Source: Hormiphora californensis (Eukaryota; Animalia; Ctenophora). From it: 64,000 bases of DNA. The first letter of the stretch is position 1. The number at the start of each line of letters is the position of its first letter. Below the pieces are notes generated by a model. That model was not told the origin of the DNA, made no database searches, and saw only the letters and a program-made list of their open reading frames with translations. The stretch is taken from contig CM035355.1 in the NCBI GenBank assembly GCA_020137815.1, forward strand, positions 4,650,001 through 4,714,000, given 5' to 3'. The translations under genes and the position numbers were made by a program. This document shows positions 14,405 to 26,834 of this stretch, piece after piece.

Positions 14405-15335
14405 ATGTTAGGCAGGAGCACCACAAGAAATGCCTGCAAATGCAACGATAGATATTACCAGGATATGTCATTAACAAGAAAAGGAATCTTCAAGTTAAGA
14501 TCTAAATCATCCATGTGAGTTAAAATTAATTGGATTCAATTAACTTGGATTTAATTATTGGATTAGTTAATTGTTCAAACCATATCCATGTGAGTGAGAA
14601 CTATGCGTGTGCGGCACCTGTTCTGATTTAAATTTTGATTAGCCCCTCGATTTCCTCAGATCTCGAGACCAAGCAACAAAATGGGAGAAAAACTTTGATT
14701 CCTTGATAAATGATGCAAGTACGTCCGCTGATTTTCCAATCATCAAGCACCACCAAAATATTTAGAATTCTATCGAAATATTTAGAATTCTGTCACTTAT
14801 CTCTCACTCATTCTCACACACAAAACTTTCTCCAATTTTTTTAACACAACTTTCCTTCTCTCAGAGGGTGTACAATTGTTTACAGACTTTGCCAGAAAAC
14901 ACCATGCCGCTGAGAACATAGAGTTTTGGTTGGCAGTTAATGAGTTCAAAAAGAAGAAACTACAAGGTGATAGGCTGAATGAGGCCACGCGGAGAATATA
15001 TCGAACGTTTATTTGTAACCAAAGCGAAAAACAGGTAAACACCATTCCAAGGACTCTCACTGAATTCTATATCCGAGTAGTCAATCCAGTCCGTAAAATG
15101 TCGCTGAATGAATGCTCCTTTATTCTCGATTTCCCTAAAATTATCAACGCTCTTCCACTCACAGATAAACATAAACGATATGATAAGGAAGGATATAATC
15201 CGTCGGATAGACGAACCGACGATAACCATCTTCAACGAAGCCCAAGAACAGATCTATATCCTAATGAAGACTGATATCTATCCGCGGTTTTTACGGGACG
15301 AATCCTTTATTAGTCTCACTGCCGAGAATTCATGA
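14405..15335 (+). CDS. Small RGS-domain protein (regulator of G-protein signalling), 4 coding exons
   Basis: Exons ~14405-14514, 14660-14718, 14865-15034, 15165-15335 splice in frame: ...ATKWEKNFDSLINDA-KGVQLFTDFARKHHAAENIEFWLAVNEFKK...RIYRTFICNQSEKQ-ININD...TIFNEAQEQIYILMKTDIYPRFL. These are classic RGS-box motifs. Confidence 0.9.
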
Positions 15336-16258
15336 AGGGAATCATGTTGTTGTATATTGATTGTGTGTGATGACAAGTCCGTCTCTTGGACTTCCTCCCT
15401 CCCTTTCTGTGATTGGTTTCGAGAGTGTGTGTTCAGTGAGACCGTGTGTGACAGCTGCACATTCCCTGCCTATTTTCTCTGATGCGTTTATGAAATCAAC
15501 AAGTTATACGAGATCGAGATACGTATGTTTTACCACATATTTGCACGTGCAAATTCTGTGCACGTGCAAGTTTTGTGCACGTGCAAGATCGGCGCACTCT
15601 CCACTCTAAAAGCCCCTGTCTTTGAGACTCAGGCAGGCGCCAGTCCTGGGACCTCAAACACAGGGCCTTTTTAGTGGAGAGAGATGAGAGAAATATGGCA
15701 GTGTGTGTGAGTGTGAGGTGTGAGTACAGATTCAACAAGGGAGAGATTAGCAGGTCCGATTGCCCCAGGACCTGCACCTCAACAGGAGGAACAAGTGTGA
15801 GAAAATATGTATATTTGGTATAGTATTATTTATTTGTTTACGGTTGTATAAATTATGTGTCTTCTTCGTGTCCGGGTACAACAGTGTTCTCACTTATGTC
15901 TGGGTCGGTATAGGGGTCAAGGTTTAGGGGATCAATAGGGGGGGGGGGGCGTGATTGGATATATAGAACTTCACTCAAATGTCAATCATGTAAAGATTTT
16001 ATAATAAAGGCGAAATCACAAAATAAAGTTAAATCTGAACTTGGTACCCCAGCCTTCTGCAGCCTTTGGAATTCTCCGTGGAATTGGAAGTCTGACGGAC
16101 TGAATTCTTCTAGTCTATAGATTGCTGACCTAACGAATTCATTTACAGAGCTTCCTCTAAATATAAACCAAGTACCAACAACAATTCGTACACTGTACAC
16201 AACAACACACAAAACAAAAACAGACAAACTGAACATCTTTAAACTCGACATGGTCATG

Positions 16259-19038
16259 CTATATCACCTGCAAAATTATACAAAAAATATATTCCCCCTG
16301 CATCATATTAGTACCAAACTCACGGTCCTGACTTTTTTAATAAGAGCACCCAGTAGCTCGTTCTGCTCACCGGACAGCTTTGGGTGGAGCTTGTCTCTTA
16401 AACTTATTAGCACGTCTAAATCCTGAGATGAGGAAGATAAGGCTAAAGGGAGAAAATGGGATTCAGAGGAAGTCCGAGGAAGTGTTTAAATCATGATAAG
16501 GGATCAGGAGGATATATGTTCATGGGAGAAAAATCAGATTCATCTTATCCAATATCCTTATTTAAGGGTAAGTTAAAATTGAATATATCTGGGGAAGATG
16601 AACGATAATATATAAATTTTATGAAGAGCATAAACATAACAAATGTCTCAACTACAAATTACCTTGTGCTCTGTTGCCATGACAATTTCAACCAGGGTAC
16701 AGAACCGATCAGGTTGGGGGACCCTGTCCAGCAGATCAACCGGAACTGTGCTATACCGCTCTAGCAGATTCCTGATGGGGTTGTGTGTGAGAAGAAGTGA
16801 GTATAACTTTCTAAGTGAATCTTGATAACCACTCAGCTATTAATGGTGCGTATTCAAGGTAGGCCAGTCATATGACGTCGATATATCGCTGAAAAAGGAA
16901 GTAATTGATCTAAAAGCGATTCCGCTTCCAGGGCCCTCCAATGGGTCTCTACAACCACCAAAAAAATTTACCGCGGGTACCGCGATGGAGAAATCGGTAA
17001 TTTCCGGGTTTATTTTGCACTTGCATAAATATAGCCTAGGACGAATGCGATATACGGTAAAAACCGTCTTTGGAAACAAGTAGAAAAGAAATCAAGGGCA
17101 CTAAAGTGTGTAGCGTCCTCGCATTAGTAGGGGTAGGTGCTGGAATTAAGTCTCTATCTTATCAGGTTAATTAGATAATTGGATAATTAGATGCGCACAT
17201 AGCCGTTTTATGGTTATACGGTAAAAACCATCTTTGGAATGGAGTAGAGAAAAAACCGAGGGTACTAGAGTGATCAGCGTCCTCGAATTAGTGGGGGTAG
17301 GTACCAAAATTAAGTTCCTATCTCATCGCGTTAATTAGATAATTGGATAATTAGGTATGCGCATAACCGTTTTTAGGTTACATGGCTATAGCCACTTAGG
17401 AATGGTTTAGAGACTTTTCATTGGTGCCATTTTGTAGGCAATAGCCAAGTTATTGGGGGTCAACGTCGGACTTTTAAACTCTATAATCAACCGTTTAGCC
17501 GTTATTTGGCTTTAAAGGTGCTCAAAGTGAGCAAAAAAGCGGTAAAAAGACCGATTTTGAGCACCTTTAAAGCCATATAACGGCTAAATGGTTAAATATA
17601 GAGCTTAAAAGTCCGACGTCGACCCCCCATAACTTGGCTATTGCCTACAAAATGGCACCAATGAAAAGACTCTAAACCATTCCTAAGTGGCTATAGCCAT
17701 GTAACCTAAAAACGGTTATGCGCATACCTAATTATCCAATTATCTAATTAACGCGATGAGATAGGAACTTAATTTTGGTACCTACCCCCACTAATTCGAG
17801 GACGCTGATCACTCTAGTACCCTCGGTTTTTTCTCTACTCCATTCCAAAGATGGTTTTTACCGTATAACCATAAAACGGCTATGTGCACATCTAATTATC
17901 CAATTATCTAATTAACCTGATAAGATAGAGACTTAATTCCAGCACCTACCCCCACTAATGCGAGAACGCTACACACTTTAGTGCCCTTGATTTCTTTTCT
18001 ACTTGTTTCCAAAGACGGTTTTTACCGTATATCGCATTCGTCCTAGGCTATATTTATGCAGGTGCAAAATAAACCCGGAAATGACCGATTTCTCCATCGC
18101 GGTACCCGCGGTAAATTTTTTTGGTGGTTGTAGAGACCCATTGGAGTGCCCTGGAAGTGGAATCGCTTTTAGATCAATTAGTTCCATTTCACTATGTCAT
18201 ATGACTGGCCTAAGGGGTAACAATTGTAGATTTTTCTAACCTGTGAGACCCGCGATCATGCAAATAACAACGCTACTAACATGAAGATACCTGTGAGTGG
18301 CTGAGAGGTGTTTCCGGGGCGTGTTCAGGATCAGTAGCAGTAAAATGGTGGTTAGTTCACAGTATTGTAGCGTATCATGGAGATGTGACGTCATGTTGCC
18401 TTTACTGCCCGTAAAGTTGTTAATCAGATCCACCAAGGTGTCCAAGGTGTCCAGGGCACCTGGGTCATGGTTTATTGGCAACATTCACTAAAAAGAATTT
18501 GACAACACTGGTAATCATAAAATAACGAGGCCAAATAGAAATATGCTGAGGGACCCGTACCTGTGTAGTTGAGAGTGTAGTTCCGACAGTAACAGAGCTT
18601 CCGTAAAATAACCACCTGAATGAATGGTAACCCGTTGTTATGGTAACCATGGTAACCGGTTAACAAGATAGACAACGATATAATGGTACTAAATCAAATA
18701 AATAAAATAAATAAATTGACATTGGTAACCGGTTGTCATGGTAACCATGATTGTTAACAAACCTGGAATGTAATATTCCCGGGATCTACCATTGTAGCGG
18801 CCCTCATAAAGTGTGGCTCCGCATCCGGGACATGACCCATCTCCAACAACAGACACCCCAACTCGACCGACAACTTCATAGCGAGATCTCGTTTGTTTGC
18901 TGCTGTCAACCGGGATATGGCCCGGTTGTAGCAGTCAATACCCGCTGACATGTACCGTTCGTGGGAGGAGATACAGAGTTTCTGTTGTTCTCGTTCTAAC
19001 TGGGAGAGAGAGGGAGGTTTGAGAGTGAGAGTGAGAGA

Positions 19039-19096
<58 letters not shown>

Positions 19097-20286
19097 ATGT
19101 TTGAGAGTGGGGATAAGAAGGAGTGATGGGAGAAGTTAAACTTGAAGAGCATGGGAAAGGGAAGATAGTCAGAGAACTGATAAATGATTATTGCTATTGG
19201 CGTTATTTATGACAAATTGGGCTCCGAATGTTCGATGGAGATGTTGGGGAACCTAATCAGGATTCTCTCATCGCCGCCACCCGCGACCTCAATAAACAGG
19301 GAAGCGTCAAGCGACTTTGATTAGCGTGGGGATAAGTCATAAGTGGGGATGTCGATATACAGGTGCAAATTATATAAGGGGGACTCAATTTATTACATTT
19401 GATCCTACCCCGAGAAAGATTATTAAAACCTACCTCAAGAAATAGAGAAGCAGCTTTGGTAAGAGCACTAATTTCACCCACACTGTTGCCCAACTGTTCC
19501 TCACATTGTGACGCGGACACATAGCAGCTCACCGCGTACTCCATACTCCCTGCACTTTGCAGCTGCTTGCCTGGGTGGGGCGGAGGGAGTTAGAATCAGG
19601 AACCGACCGACACAAGTAAACAACCAATCAGAACTCGTTATTTAGGTCACGTGACTGGTTATCAGCCAATCATGCGGAGGGGGTTAGAATATTCATTTAG
19701 CTCATCAAATTTCTAGACACCTATCATTTCATTCCCTTTTTACTCTGTCTCGTCACGTAAAATGAATATTATATACACCAGTGTATAACCACTTGCATGC
19801 GTCAACATCTAAATGGTCTCTCTCTCTCTCTCCCCCCTTTGCTCCAGAAGTTATTATGTGCTTAAAACCCAAGCAAAATATTCTGAAAGGGGGTGCAGGT
19901 GCGGTCAAAAACGAACCATTTTAGGTGAGATTCTGATGTTTCTGGTGATTTGTTTAAAATATCAGAGGTGTCAGATGCCGTTCGAGAAACACGTAGAAAC
20001 TCTTAAACCATTCTTGTCGTGTGTTAATCAACCATCCCAATTCGAACTAACGACTCAAAATAATTCGAAAGAAGTGATTCTCATAGAATTTTCCGAGTGA
20101 GATCGAACCCCCCCCCCCCCCCCCCCCCCGATCCAAGTACAAACAAGATAATCAGATCAGAATTCAGAACCTACCCAACGAGTAGAAGTTATCCCGGGCC
20201 TCTGTGATATTCGGCTTCTTCATAAACCTTTTCTTCAGTGACCTACAAATCTGAACATAACGGTCAACCGCAGCATTGGATGCCAT
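16259..20286 (-). CDS. F8A1: 40-kDa huntingtin-associated protein (HAP40 / factor VIII intron 22 protein) homolog, 7-8 exons
   Basis: Exon 1 (20175-20286) MASNAAVDRYVQICRSLKKRFMKKPNITEARDNFYSLG matches the HAP40 N-terminus (RY..SNKLKKRFLRKPNVAEA). Further exons ~19434-19570, 18763-18999, 18561-18615, 18291-18459 (CELTTILLLLILNTP), 16663-16771, 16324-16422. The stop is either in a mini-exon at 16259-16267 or by read-through at ~16303. Confidence 0.82.
16860..18212. mobile_element. Near-palindromic non-autonomous DNA transposon with Academ-like ends, in a HAP40 intron
   Basis: Termini TAGGCCAGTCATATGAC...GTCATATGACTGGCCTA. 3-bp TSD AGG (16857-16859, 18213-18215). Arms ~660 bp, central spacer ~30 bp near 17527-17555. 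Confidence 0.85.
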
Positions 20287-20533
20287 GCTAGAATAGTGGT
20301 AAAAATGTTAAACTTGATAGTGATTTTAACTGCCAGAAAATGGAGGGGATTCAAATTGGGGGTTTGGTTGATTGTTGGATTTTGGGTACTGCAGGAGTGC
20401 CGGGTGTGAGCAGTTGGGTGTAAAAAACAACACCCTTCTGGGTAGACCTCTAGTCATTGAATACATAAAATAAATGAGTAAAATAATCTGGTGCACAGTC
20501 CTCAACTTGAAACTATTCTTGCCAGCGCTATAT

Positions 20534-23368
20534 GGGGGGGTTCCAACCTATTTTTTTGTACGGTTTTGTACGGTTTTGTACGGACCATACATAAAAGTAT
20601 CCGAAATTCCTGTTTTTTTCCATACAAACATTGTTTGTCAAACAATACAAAAAAATACAAAAAAATACAAAAAAATAATGAAGGATATGGATTGTGGGTG
20701 CCTGATAAAAGTATAAATAATACATAGCTGGGTTCCGTTTATGTTCATGTACCATCTATCATCATACTATTATTAAAGCAAATAGGGAAATCCTGTGTAA
20801 CGTTTTTTACCTTATATGGCATTTAGCACGTGCAGGTTTAGAGGTGAACTGTGGAATACTACTGGAGTGGGGCCAGGAATCGGAGCCGTTGCCAATGGCA
20901 TGGTTGCTACTATACTGCACGTGCACGTGCATTTGATCTTGCTTTGTTCCAGCTAATATGCTTCTTCAACAACTGTTGATATACGACAGCGACAATTGGA
21001 GTTATTCACGCAAGATCTCGCCATTCTCTACTTTTCCATACACTGAGGGGTTTCAATGCAGCAACACAAAAGAAGTGCAGAGAGAACGAGCTAGACGCTA
21101 GAGGTTGAACAGAACCGATGATCAATCTCAGAGATTAAGGCAGATTAATACTGCAAGCAGACGAAATAGTAAGTCTTTTATAACTTTGATCGCCGGATCA
21201 TCATCTGACGTTCTGAAACCAGAAACTCGCAGCGATCCCGCCTGAGCTCCTTCTACGGTACCGGTACTTAAGATGGGATAGTGCATGTCTTTAGTTAGAC
21301 TGATGATGTCAGTGTTCCCTAATCCAGCTACCAATACCATTTCCCCGAAATTCGCCCGTAGGGCGAACGGGTTTACTAGTATATATAATGAACGTTTTTA
21401 CTAAAAATGGACGACAATGGAACTAAAAACTTTTTAGTTCCATTGTCGTCCATTTTCCTGCTAAAATTACATACTAAAAAAGTGTGTAAAAGTACACGTT
21501 TTTGAAATTCTAAAAAAACGAAATCATTGATTCAGATTACCGTTACGATTACGAGAAAATTTTCTCCGTTGGAGATCACTTTCTGGTACTAATTTCGATT
21601 CGGGATATTTTCTCGGTAAAAATGCGATTTGGGGAAATTTTTCGCTTAGAAAATACGATTTGAGAAATTTTTTCGGTAAGAAATTGGGATTCGGGGAATA
21701 TCTCGCTTAGAAAATCGATTCGAGAAAATTTTCTCGGTAAGAAATTGCGATGCTAGGAAAATTCTCGCTTAGAAAATACGATTCGAGAAAATTTTCTCGG
21801 TAAGAAATTGCGATTCGGGGAAATTTCTCGCTTAGAAAATACGATTCGAGAAAAATTTTCTCGTAAGAAATTGCGATTCGGGGAAATTTCTCGCTTAGAA
21901 AATACGATTCGAGAAAAATTTTCTCGGTAAGAAATTGCGATGCGAGGAAATTTCTCGCTTAGAAAATACGATTCGAGAAAATTTTCTCGGTAAGAAATTG
22001 CGATTCGGGGAAATTTCTCGCTTAGAAAATACGATTCGAAAAAAAATTTCTCGGTAAGAAATTGCGATTCGGGGAAATTTCTCGCTTAGAAAAATACTAG
22101 TAGGCCCGTTCGCCCTAGGGCGAATTCGGGGAAATGATAGCTGGATTAGGGACGCTGACATCACTGCACCATCCGTTCCTAGCCTATCTCTCACTTTCTC
22201 CCTACTCATGTTGGTGTACGCTCTGGGCTTCCTGACAATGTCGAGGTGCGAATTTAAGAGATCAATGTCATGGAGGTGCAGTGCTGTTCCAGAAACTCAT
22301 CACGTGAAAACTTGGCCGCTATGTAGCCGATTTGGAGATTTCTATATTCGAGGAGTAATCACCCTTGGGCGACTTTGGGTAAAGCTACCGTAGTCGTTGA
22401 TTGGCTCGCTTGAACACGTTGGCGTAATCTGTCATATTCTCTAGCCTGCTCCCTGACAGCAGCAGTTCTCCTGGACCTAGATAAACGTTGCCGAATAGCA
22501 CTTTGGTGGAAGAGCTAGACATCAGGACAGAAGTAAAAGAATGCACGTGCAGAATTGAATTTCCCCTTGGTACCCAACTGCAACTGGAGAGAGGTCTTCG
22601 CCTCTCCAGGTCCCTCTAATAATTGCACTGCAAGTGTAGTTGCTAGGTGACCTCCGTTACACAATTTGCTTAGTAAGTAGTATGATGATTCGAGAAAAAT
22701 TTTCTCGGTAACAAATTTCGATTCGAGGAAATTCTCGCTTAGAAAATACGATTCGAAAAAATTTCGGTAAGAAATTGCGATTCGGGAAAATTTCTCTCGC
22801 TTAGAAATTGCGATTCGATAATATTCTTGGATAGAAAGTTCGATTTGGAAAGATTTTCTCTCTTAGAAATTCCAATTTTTCGTACAACAGTACAAAAAAA
22901 GCACAACAAATTATGGAGGTGGGTGCCTAGTAAAAGTTCATGGACGGGTTCCTTTTGTCCTAATGTACCACTAGGAACGTTTGTCGTGTAATTATTATCT
23001 TTCATTCGAAATTCGAAAAAGTAAACATCATTGATTCAGATTTCGAAAATTTTGAATAGAATATTTCCTTGTGTTTTGATAAAGAACAATTAAAACATGA
23101 TTAAAACATGTTTTCATCTTCCAATTATAAGAAAAAGTTGCTAATTTTGTATGAAACCACAGTTTAATAGGAATTTATGACACAATTATGATCATAAACT
23201 TAAGTTTCAACGATCAGAAAAGCTTTGTTTAATCGTTTATAACCCGTTTTATTATTTGTATTATTTTGTATTTTTTTGTACTTTTTTGTATTTTTTTGTA
23301 TTTTTTTGTTTGAGGAAACCCGTGTTTTTTTCCGTACAAACGTACAACAAATAGGTTGGAACCCCCCC
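20534..23368. mobile_element. 2.8 kb TIR element with 8-bp TSD (Merlin/MULE-like), non-coding, with nested repeats
   Basis: [22 protein letters not shown]...AATAGGTTGGAACCCCCCC, with inverted subterminal TACAAAAAAA repeats. TSD CGCTATAT at 20526-20533 and 23369-23376. Confidence 0.8.
21590..22092. repeat. ~63-bp satellite (dimer of ~31/32-bp subunits); a second degenerate block lies at ~22687-22870
   Basis: GATTCGAGAAAATTTTCTCGGTAAGAAATTGC-GATTCGGGGAAATTTCTCGCTTAGAAAATAC repeated in tandem. Confidence 0.9.
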
Positions 23369-23459
23369 CGCTATATATAACCTCATGTATGATCAAGATC
23401 AGAGATAGTGAAACTTCCACGACTTTCTCCACAAAACCTGATGATGAACACTGAACAGC

Positions 23460-23665
23460 TCACATTTTCCAGTCTGGTTTCTCAGGGGGAGGACCGCACG
23501 GTTGCAACATTCTTTCCAACATGTTAAACTTCACCCTGGCACGTGTCTCGTTCTCAGCAATGGCAAAGTAGTCCAAGAGGTGGTAGTGGCCGATGTAGGA
23601 GGCAAAACTATCCCTGGAGAGAGGAATTGGGTGAGAGGGAGGGAGGGAGGGAGGGAGGGAGGGAG

Positions 23666-23697
<32 letters not shown>

Positions 23698-23706
23698 CGA
23701 GAGGAG

Positions 23707-23747
<41 letters not shown>

Positions 23748-23751
23748 GGAT

Positions 23752-23793
<42 letters not shown>

Positions 23794-23929
23794 GGATAGA
23801 GAGAGAGAGAGAGACACTCTACCTGTGTTGGTTGACCAGCCACTCGAATTTCGTTGTATCTGAGTGTCCAGTTCCAATGTATTTTGATTGGAGATGTTCC
23901 AGTTGGGTCTGGAAGTTGTACCTGTCCAT
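23460..23929 (-). CDS. SF3B5: Splicing factor 3B subunit 5, 2 exons
   Basis: Exon 23823-23929 MDRYNFQTQLEHLQSKYIGTGHSDTTKFEWLVNQHR joins exon 23460-23613 DSFASYIGHYHLLDYFAIAENETRARVKFNMLERMLQPCGPPPEKP. The intron is a (CT)n tract. Confidence 0.96.
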
Positions 23930-24374
23930 AGTGAGCTATAATAAGAAGTTAGTGGGATTGAGGGTATTGGGTTTTGTACTGGTCATACTGCTGTTTATCA
24001 GTTCCAGGGGCCAAGGGGGAGACGGACTGATAAGATAGGGATACATCACAGGGGAGGGTGGTGGAAGACGGTCTAAAAAGGGATATAACACAGAATTCAG
24101 AGACACTGAAATCAAAGAAGAGTTCTCCTCAAAGAGAGCGGCAGATAATTTTACATATAACACAATTCCAAAATCTTTACAACTCATGTACACAGTCCAG
24201 CTGCAATAAACAAACAAAACTGGGGTTTGAAACCCGTAGAAGTCAGAGGTTTACTAGCGGTTCTACCAGTGCAGTACCAACAAAATATATACTTTTCCAT
24301 TTCTGATTTCATCAGTCATAAATTCGAACCTACCACTCGTTTATCCAGGGTGCTGGGTTAAACAACCACCATCT

Positions 24375-26394
24375 TCACAGAATAATATTAAACTTGATAT
24401 CCTTGGAGACTCTGTTTAGTACCAGTCTGCCATCATGAGAAAGGCTGGCGAAACAGCCAAGGATCCACAGTGGACCACGCAACAGAGTAGACTGAGTCCT
24501 CGTGTTTATCGTATTCCTCCAGTACTCCCTCTTTTAGGGGATCCTGAGGAAGAAGTTAGTGGTGGTTAGAGGATCCTGAGGGAGGTGGAATGGGTTAGTG
24601 GTGGTCAGGGGATCCTGAGGAAGGGGGGAGGGGAATGAGTTAGTGGTAGTTAGGGGATCCTGAGGTAGGTGGAATGTGTTAGTGGTGGTTAGAGGAACCT
24701 GAGCAAGGGGGAATGGGTTAGTGGATCCTCAAGAAAGGGTGTCTGGATCATTGAGGAAAGGAGTTCAATTCTGAGCTGTTGGAGTTCTACCAAATTGAAA
24801 TCTAGCTTTGCCGGTGTTTGCTATTGCCCATTGAGAGAAGGTTGGATCTGAGAATAACGTACCTTCACCTCCCTCTCTTCCTCATCTTCTTCATCATCAG
24901 GAGCGAGGGACTCGGATGCCAGGGTTGGGACGTTTAGGAGGACCACTTTCCCATCACTACCCGCTGTCAGGACTAGCTGATCACGAAGGTTGTACCTTAC
25001 TTTCCAAACCTGTGGAGGAAGGAGGAGTTAGTGATTAGAGGCTGAAAAATGATGAAGGATGTTAGGAACTAGAGCTGGAAAATGAGCAACATTAGGAACA
25101 TAACTGAGGACTAAAATGAATACCCCCTCCCTCAAAATGAGAATATCTTCATTACCCAATGAGAGTGGTTTGTAATGGTCATCAGCGGTTCCGTACAACT
25201 CCTACAATCCCAAAACTTGGTCGTACAATCATCCCCACAGGTTGCCATATAATACTGCCGATTAGGATTAAAATCCAAATCTCTGACATTATGAGAGTGA
25301 ACCGAATCGAGGACAGTGACACACTTCATGGTTCTCAGGTCGTGTAGTCGGATGTGGGTGTCACTTGCGACCCCGACTTGGTTACCACTGGAATGTGGGT
25401 TCCATCGGAGGGCAGAGGGGGCTGATCGTTTGGGTAGATCACATTTGGAGTGTTCCCTCACACCATCTTCTACATCCCATCTAGGAACAGGGATATATTG
25501 TTAGTTGTTAGTTTTTAGGGCACACATCTACAAACAGAAAGACAACCAATGTCTAACTGTTTCAGATGGTGATGGAGTTAGCTGTTAGCACAACTAGTTT
25601 TTTAATTAGACCGTTAAATCATCAACTGATGTTACCTGATGAGGCTGCTGTCACCAAGAGAGCACAGCTGACCCTCACAACCCTCAGGACCCCATTCTGT
25701 TGCCCTAACTGGGCTACCCTCATGTGCATCCAGCCCGGATATTCTCTCTAGCTGGGGCTCCTCTTTGGACCCTGCAAGTCGCCATACTGTCGCACCTGAC
25801 ACCAGATTTACCTAGTAATGGGGATAGTGGGTACGATAAAATGAAGATTTAGGGGAACCAAAAAGGGACTCTCCCTCTCCTAAACACCAATGAACACAGA
25901 TGTACTGACTAACACAGTGTATCTAACCGATTGCCTGATCTAACCTGATCAGCGACATGTGAGTGGCAGGTTGAGATGAGGTCCCGTGTAGAGGGGCTGC
26001 TGGCAATATGCCATATTTCTCCCTCGGGGTGAGGATAACTAATGTCCCCCAACTCCCCGTACTCCTCATCTAGCTCGTACAGGTGCACCTGATGAGGGGA
26101 TGATAATTAGCTACACTTACTGGGGATGGGGGCGGGGAGAAGATTGAACAAACTTCGGGAGAACGGAGATGTGTTCGAGGCTGATGAGTGATGAGGAACA
26201 AATGGGGAGGGAAGATGTTGGTGCAGCTAAAAAGAGAATCAGGGCAAAGAGAGAAGGGAGGCACATACCGCATTATCACTTTTCATGGACTGCGTTCCGA
26301 CGAGGAAGGATACCACATCCTGCTCTCCCTCCAGAGGACAGACAACCCTACATCGGTGCTCTATTCCATGGATCTTGGGTAGGATATTATCCAT
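24375..26394 (-). CDS. EIPR1: EARP/GARP-interacting WD40 protein (TSSC1), ~6 exons; apparent 1-nt frameshift in the last exon
   Basis: Peptides: MDNILPKIHGIEHRCR...FLVGTQSMKSDN, HPEGEIWHIASSP, HSHNVRDLDFNPNRQYYMATCGDDCTTKFWDCR, NHSHWVWKVRYN, HEDSVYSVAWSTVDPWLF/ASLSHDGRLVLNRVSKDIKFNIIL*. Confidence 0.9.
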
Positions 26395-26834
26395 GGAGCT
26401 ATTGTTTTGGAGGATATATTGGGTAGTAATTGGGGATATCGGTTAGAATGGAGAGAAGTAATGTGGGATATTAGTTAGAATAGAGGGACATGATTGTTAA
26501 ATCAGAGCGAGAAAGGGGAGAGTTAGAAAACGAGACGGGGGTTTAAATGAAAACTAAACCATTATCTCTCGTAATATATCTGAAAGAGCAGATAGAGCTC
26601 GTACAACATACATCACACAGACATAATAACAAAAATAACCCTTAAGTAGAATAGATTAATCTATATAATTATGTATGAGGTAAAATCAAATTAAAATAAC
26701 ACGCAAAAACTCTTGTCATACTCGTTTAAATACTACGTTACTATGGTAACCAGAATCTTGGTTACCATGGTAATCACGGGTAGCAATTATGATCATTTTA
26801 CACACGACCCTGTACATTCTAACTAACACCCTAA

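Noticed and set aside
18465-18489. Alternative HAP40 acceptor at 18488
   Set aside because: It gives an in-frame TGA within 8 codons, whereas the acceptor at 18460 keeps HAP40 similarity.
21590-22092. CRISPR-like array of ~31-bp palindromic repeats
   Set aside because: Units are contiguous with no unique spacers, there are no cas genes and the context is eukaryotic. It is a satellite.
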